From positions 1 to 17,802 of the forward strand of contig JANPJS010000174.1 of NCBI GenBank assembly GCA_031425655.1: a stretch of 17,802 nucleotides of DNA, given 5' to 3'. The stretch is from Abditibacteriaceae bacterium. GTDB lineage: Bacteria > Armatimonadota > Abditibacteriia > Abditibacteriales > Abditibacteriaceae. Below, one piece after another: positions 15,308 to 17,802 of the stretch (positions are counted from its first letter, which is position 1; each line of letters opens with the position of its first letter). The position numbers and the translations under genes were made by a program. A model generated the notes under the pieces. That model saw nothing but the letters and a program-made list of their open reading frames with translations, ran no database searches and had not been told where the DNA came from.

Positions 15308-17206
15308 TTATCGGTAAGTGACGCCGACGCGCCAAGTATCGAGCGGGTCGCTGGACGCAAATTCGCGGCGCGCATATTCGAGCGAAAGACCAAGTCCGGC
15401 GGCGCCGTCCGGCGCGCCTATAAGGTAGCGGGCGCCGTATTCGCGCGTGCCGCCCAAAATGCCGGAGGCCGCATTTTGCGCGTTGCGCTGTGCCCAATCC
15501 TGATAATTGATATCGAAGCGGCTGCGAAACGGCAGGGAAACCTGAGCCTGCGCGCGACGGGTTTGCGTGCGCTGCGTGGCGGACATAATCAGGCCGTCAT
15601 CGCCGCGCACGAAAGCGTCTTCACTATTCCAACTCCAACCGCCCTGCACGTTCAGCCAGCCGAAAATGCGCCGCTGCGCGTCGAGATTAACGGTGTGCGC
15701 CAAGGCATCGCCGCTGCCGCGCGAGAAATCTACACCATCTAAGGTATTCGTGTCGAGAACGCGGCGCGCGACACTGAGATTCACGCTCCCGCCGCCGGTT
15801 TGACGGCGAACTCCAACAGTTACGCGGTTTTCGTCACGCAATGTGGCGTTCAGCGGGTCGTAGCTGTTAGCAGTCGCAGGCAGTTGGGCATTGCCGATGC
15901 GGGTTTGACCGGCGCCCGCAGTCAACGCCACAGAGCGCGACATTTTCAGTTCGACACCGGCATCGCTGACATTGCTGAGCGTCAGGTTTTCGGGCGCTGC
16001 GGGCGCGTCGGGATGCACTTCGGAATTCAGGCCGCGCGTGTGGCGCCCGGTCAGTGCGAGGGCCGGCAGCATTTGCAAACGCATATCGGCGGTGCCGGTC
16101 AATTCGTCGGTGCGCGTCTGGTTTGGCGTGATGTTGTCAAGAACCGCTTCGCCGCCTTGCGTCAGGCTTTTGCGATTCGAGCGCGCCGCGCTGGCGCTCA
16201 ATGTTCCACTGAGCGTGCCCACGACGGGCAATTGCAGCCGCGCATCTTGGGCTAAAGTCACCTGACGGCGCGTGCGGCGCTGGTTGTTTTGCGCCAACGC
16301 CCCCGCTGATGGGTCGGAAAACGGCGCGAATCCGGGGTCGGTCGCGTTGTAATCGGCATTGAAGCGCGCTTCGCCAAACCGATGCGCGATGGGGCCGTCC
16401 ACGCCCAAATTTACAGCACGCGCGTCGTTGCGCTGGCCGTCCAAGCGGCTGTTCAGCCATTCGCCGCGCAGATTCCAGTTCTTTAAATGCGACGGCAAAA
16501 GCGCCATCTGGCCGCGCCCGCCCCATATATTGCCCTGCGGCGCGCTATTGGGCATCGTGCCCGGCAAAAGCGCCCGGTTGCCCCGCGCGGCCAGCACATC
16601 GAAGCTGCCGCGTTTGCGCTCTACGGCGCGAATTTGTGCCCATGTCAGGTGCGGCGCGGCATCAATCGGCGCGTTTTCCATCATTTCGTCGTAGCCTCGC
16701 AGCGCACGATTGGCGGCTAAAAGCGGGACTGTCGAACCGGCCTGCACCCGTCCCCATTGGGCGACTGCCGCAGGCGCCGCGCCGTTTGCAGCCATACCCG
16801 CGAAGCCCGCAAGGCTCCATTGCGGCAAGGCTTGCGCGCCTAATTGCAGCTTCGCCGCCGTGCCCATCGGCTGGCCCAAACGCAGCTCACGCGCGGCAAC
16901 CGGCGCTCCGTTGCGGTCGCGGCCTCGCAAGCTTGAACGCCAGTCGCGCACTTCACCGAGCAGCGGCATTTGGTCGGACAGCGCGTTGAAGAATTGTCCG
17001 CGCGTCACCTCGCGGTCGCCGGAAGGCGAAAGCGGCGCTTGATTCCACAACGGCGATTCGCGCCACAAAGCACCACGCTCGCGGTGATAACGGTCGAGTT
17101 CTTCGCGCAGCGGCGCGCCGGAAAGCGCGCGCGCCACATCAGCGTGCGCCGGCGCCAAAACAGCCAGAGAGAAAATAAAGAGTAAAGGAAGTGATTTCGA
17201 TGTCAT
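15308..17206 (-). CDS. Hypothetical exported protein, probable outer-membrane beta-barrel
   Basis: Signal peptide ending AHA-D; many alternating amphipathic beta-strand segments; C-terminal WRVGVTYR. Confidence 0.7.
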   Translation of the reverse strand: MTSKSLPLLFIFSLAVLAPAHADVARALSGAPLREELDRYHRERGALWRESPLWNQAPLSPSGDREVTRGQFFNALSDQMPLLGEVRDWRSSLRGRDRNGAPVAARELRLGQPMGTAAKLQLGAQALPQWSLAGFAGMAANGAAPAAVAQWGRVQAGSTVPLLAANRALRGYDEMMENAPIDAAPHLTWAQIRAVERKRGSFDVLAARGNRALLPGTMPNSAPQGNIWGGRGQMALLPSHLKNWNLRGEWLNSRLDGQRNDARAVNLGVDGPIAHRFGEARFNADYNATDPGFAPFSDPSAGALAQNNQRRTRRQVTLAQDARLQLPVVGTLSGTLSASAARSNRKSLTQGGEAVLDNITPNQTRTDELTGTADMRLQMLPALALTGRHTRGLNSEVHPDAPAAPENLTLSNVSDAGVELKMSRSVALTAGAGQTRIGNAQLPATANSYDPLNATLRDENRVTVGVRRQTGGGSVNLSVARRVLDTNTLDGVDFSRGSGDALAHTVNLDAQRRIFGWLNVQGGWSWNSEDAFVRGDDGLIMSATQRTQTRRAQAQVSLPFRSRFDINYQDWAQRNAQNAASGILGGTREYGARYLIGAPDGAAGLGLSLEYARREFASSDPLDTWRVGVTYR

Positions 17207-17449
17207 TGAAGGAAATTCAACGGCCCGAAATTTTCGGGCAGAGTGTAGTGGGCGACCAGGGTTTTCAGCGGCGCCCGGACGTTGCTTTGCCTTGCGCGTT
17301 CAAAACGATTGGCGCGAAGTGTTATGATTTTTCGCGTATTTTGGACACGTTCGCAAGCGATGCGTGTCGGCACAAAAGCGTGGAGGAGATGGAGATTGAA
17401 CCTCGTCTAACGTGATTTTGCGCCCCTCGCGCGCGAAAATCGGCCTGCG

Positions 17450-17662
17450 CAGCATACCGAATCCGTATATTACGCTGCGCCGGAAGTTATTGGACGAGGC
17501 GCCCTCGAAATACTTGGCCGGACACGCGATTTCGCCAATTGAATAGCCGAAAAAGACGGCTTGGGGCAGCATCTGGTTGTCGAACACGAAGTCGTCGGAG
17601 TTTTCTTCGAGCGGCAAATGAAGCAGCACTTGCCGCGAAAATGCCTGATAACCGGTGTGGTA
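17450..17662 (-). pseudogene. C-terminal remnant of a family-2 glycosyltransferase (DPM1-like)
   Basis: [13 protein letters not shown]...[12 protein letters not shown]...[11 protein letters not shown]...SS-x-NFRRSV-x-YG matches GT2 C-termini; the N-terminal nucleotide-binding half is missing in frame. Confidence 0.75.
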
Positions 17663-17663
17663 A

Positions 17664-17802
17664 CAATAGTCCGGTAAGTTTTGGGATAGAAAAAGGAAAG
17701 TCAGGGGGTTAGACCTTTGGTGTGAACAAAACCCACCCCCTGACACAGGCTTTGGGCCTGGTAGAGAGCATTTTAAGCGAGATGGATGGCCTGAGCAAAC
17801 CG
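17664..17802 (+). mobile_element. Probable left end of an IS element (DDE, IS701-like?) with transposase N-terminus at 17752-17802, truncated by the window
   Basis: GT2 homology ends abruptly at CAATAGTCCGGTAAG; the TTG-started frame [17 protein letters not shown] resembles IL-x-x-M-x-x-x-SKP(Q) transposase N-termini as I recall them. Confidence 0.5.

Noticed and set aside
17300..17746. Intact 148-aa CDS
   Set aside because: It is a chimera of probable IS-end sequence, the GT2 remnant and a non-homologous tail; reported as a pseudogene instead.

Overview
GC-rich bacterial chromosomal window. Gene content (an H-X9-DG protein, DUF2227) is compatible with Armatimonadota/Abditibacteriota, but this is inference only. 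The core is a minus-strand nusA-ylxR(rnpM)-infB-DUF503-rbfA-nrnA(DHH)-DUF4870-truB-ribF operon. It keeps a sigma70-like promoter and a rimP-leader-like hairpin but has no rimP gene. Flanking genes: a DUF2227 gene, a TrkA-domain K+ channel, an SDR, an M15-like/YkuD peptidoglycan enzyme, a lipoprotein alpha/beta hydrolase, an H-X9-DG protein, a probable outer-membrane beta-barrel, and a GT2 remnant apparently interrupted by an IS at the right edge. The most striking signal is non-coding. Six consecutive junctions of the operon, plus two others, carry inverted repeats built from short tandem units (7-mers AGTTTTG, GGTTTTG, AGTGACG, AATATCG; 8-mer RCACAAAG; ~8-9-mer CGGRAAG-like). The units differ in sequence but share one architecture, and most run from the upstream stop codon to just before the next ATG. 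Also notable: an 83-bp duplication of the DUF2227 5' end brackets an AT-rich small membrane gene, and the K+ channel has a non-canonical filter (TVGLE).
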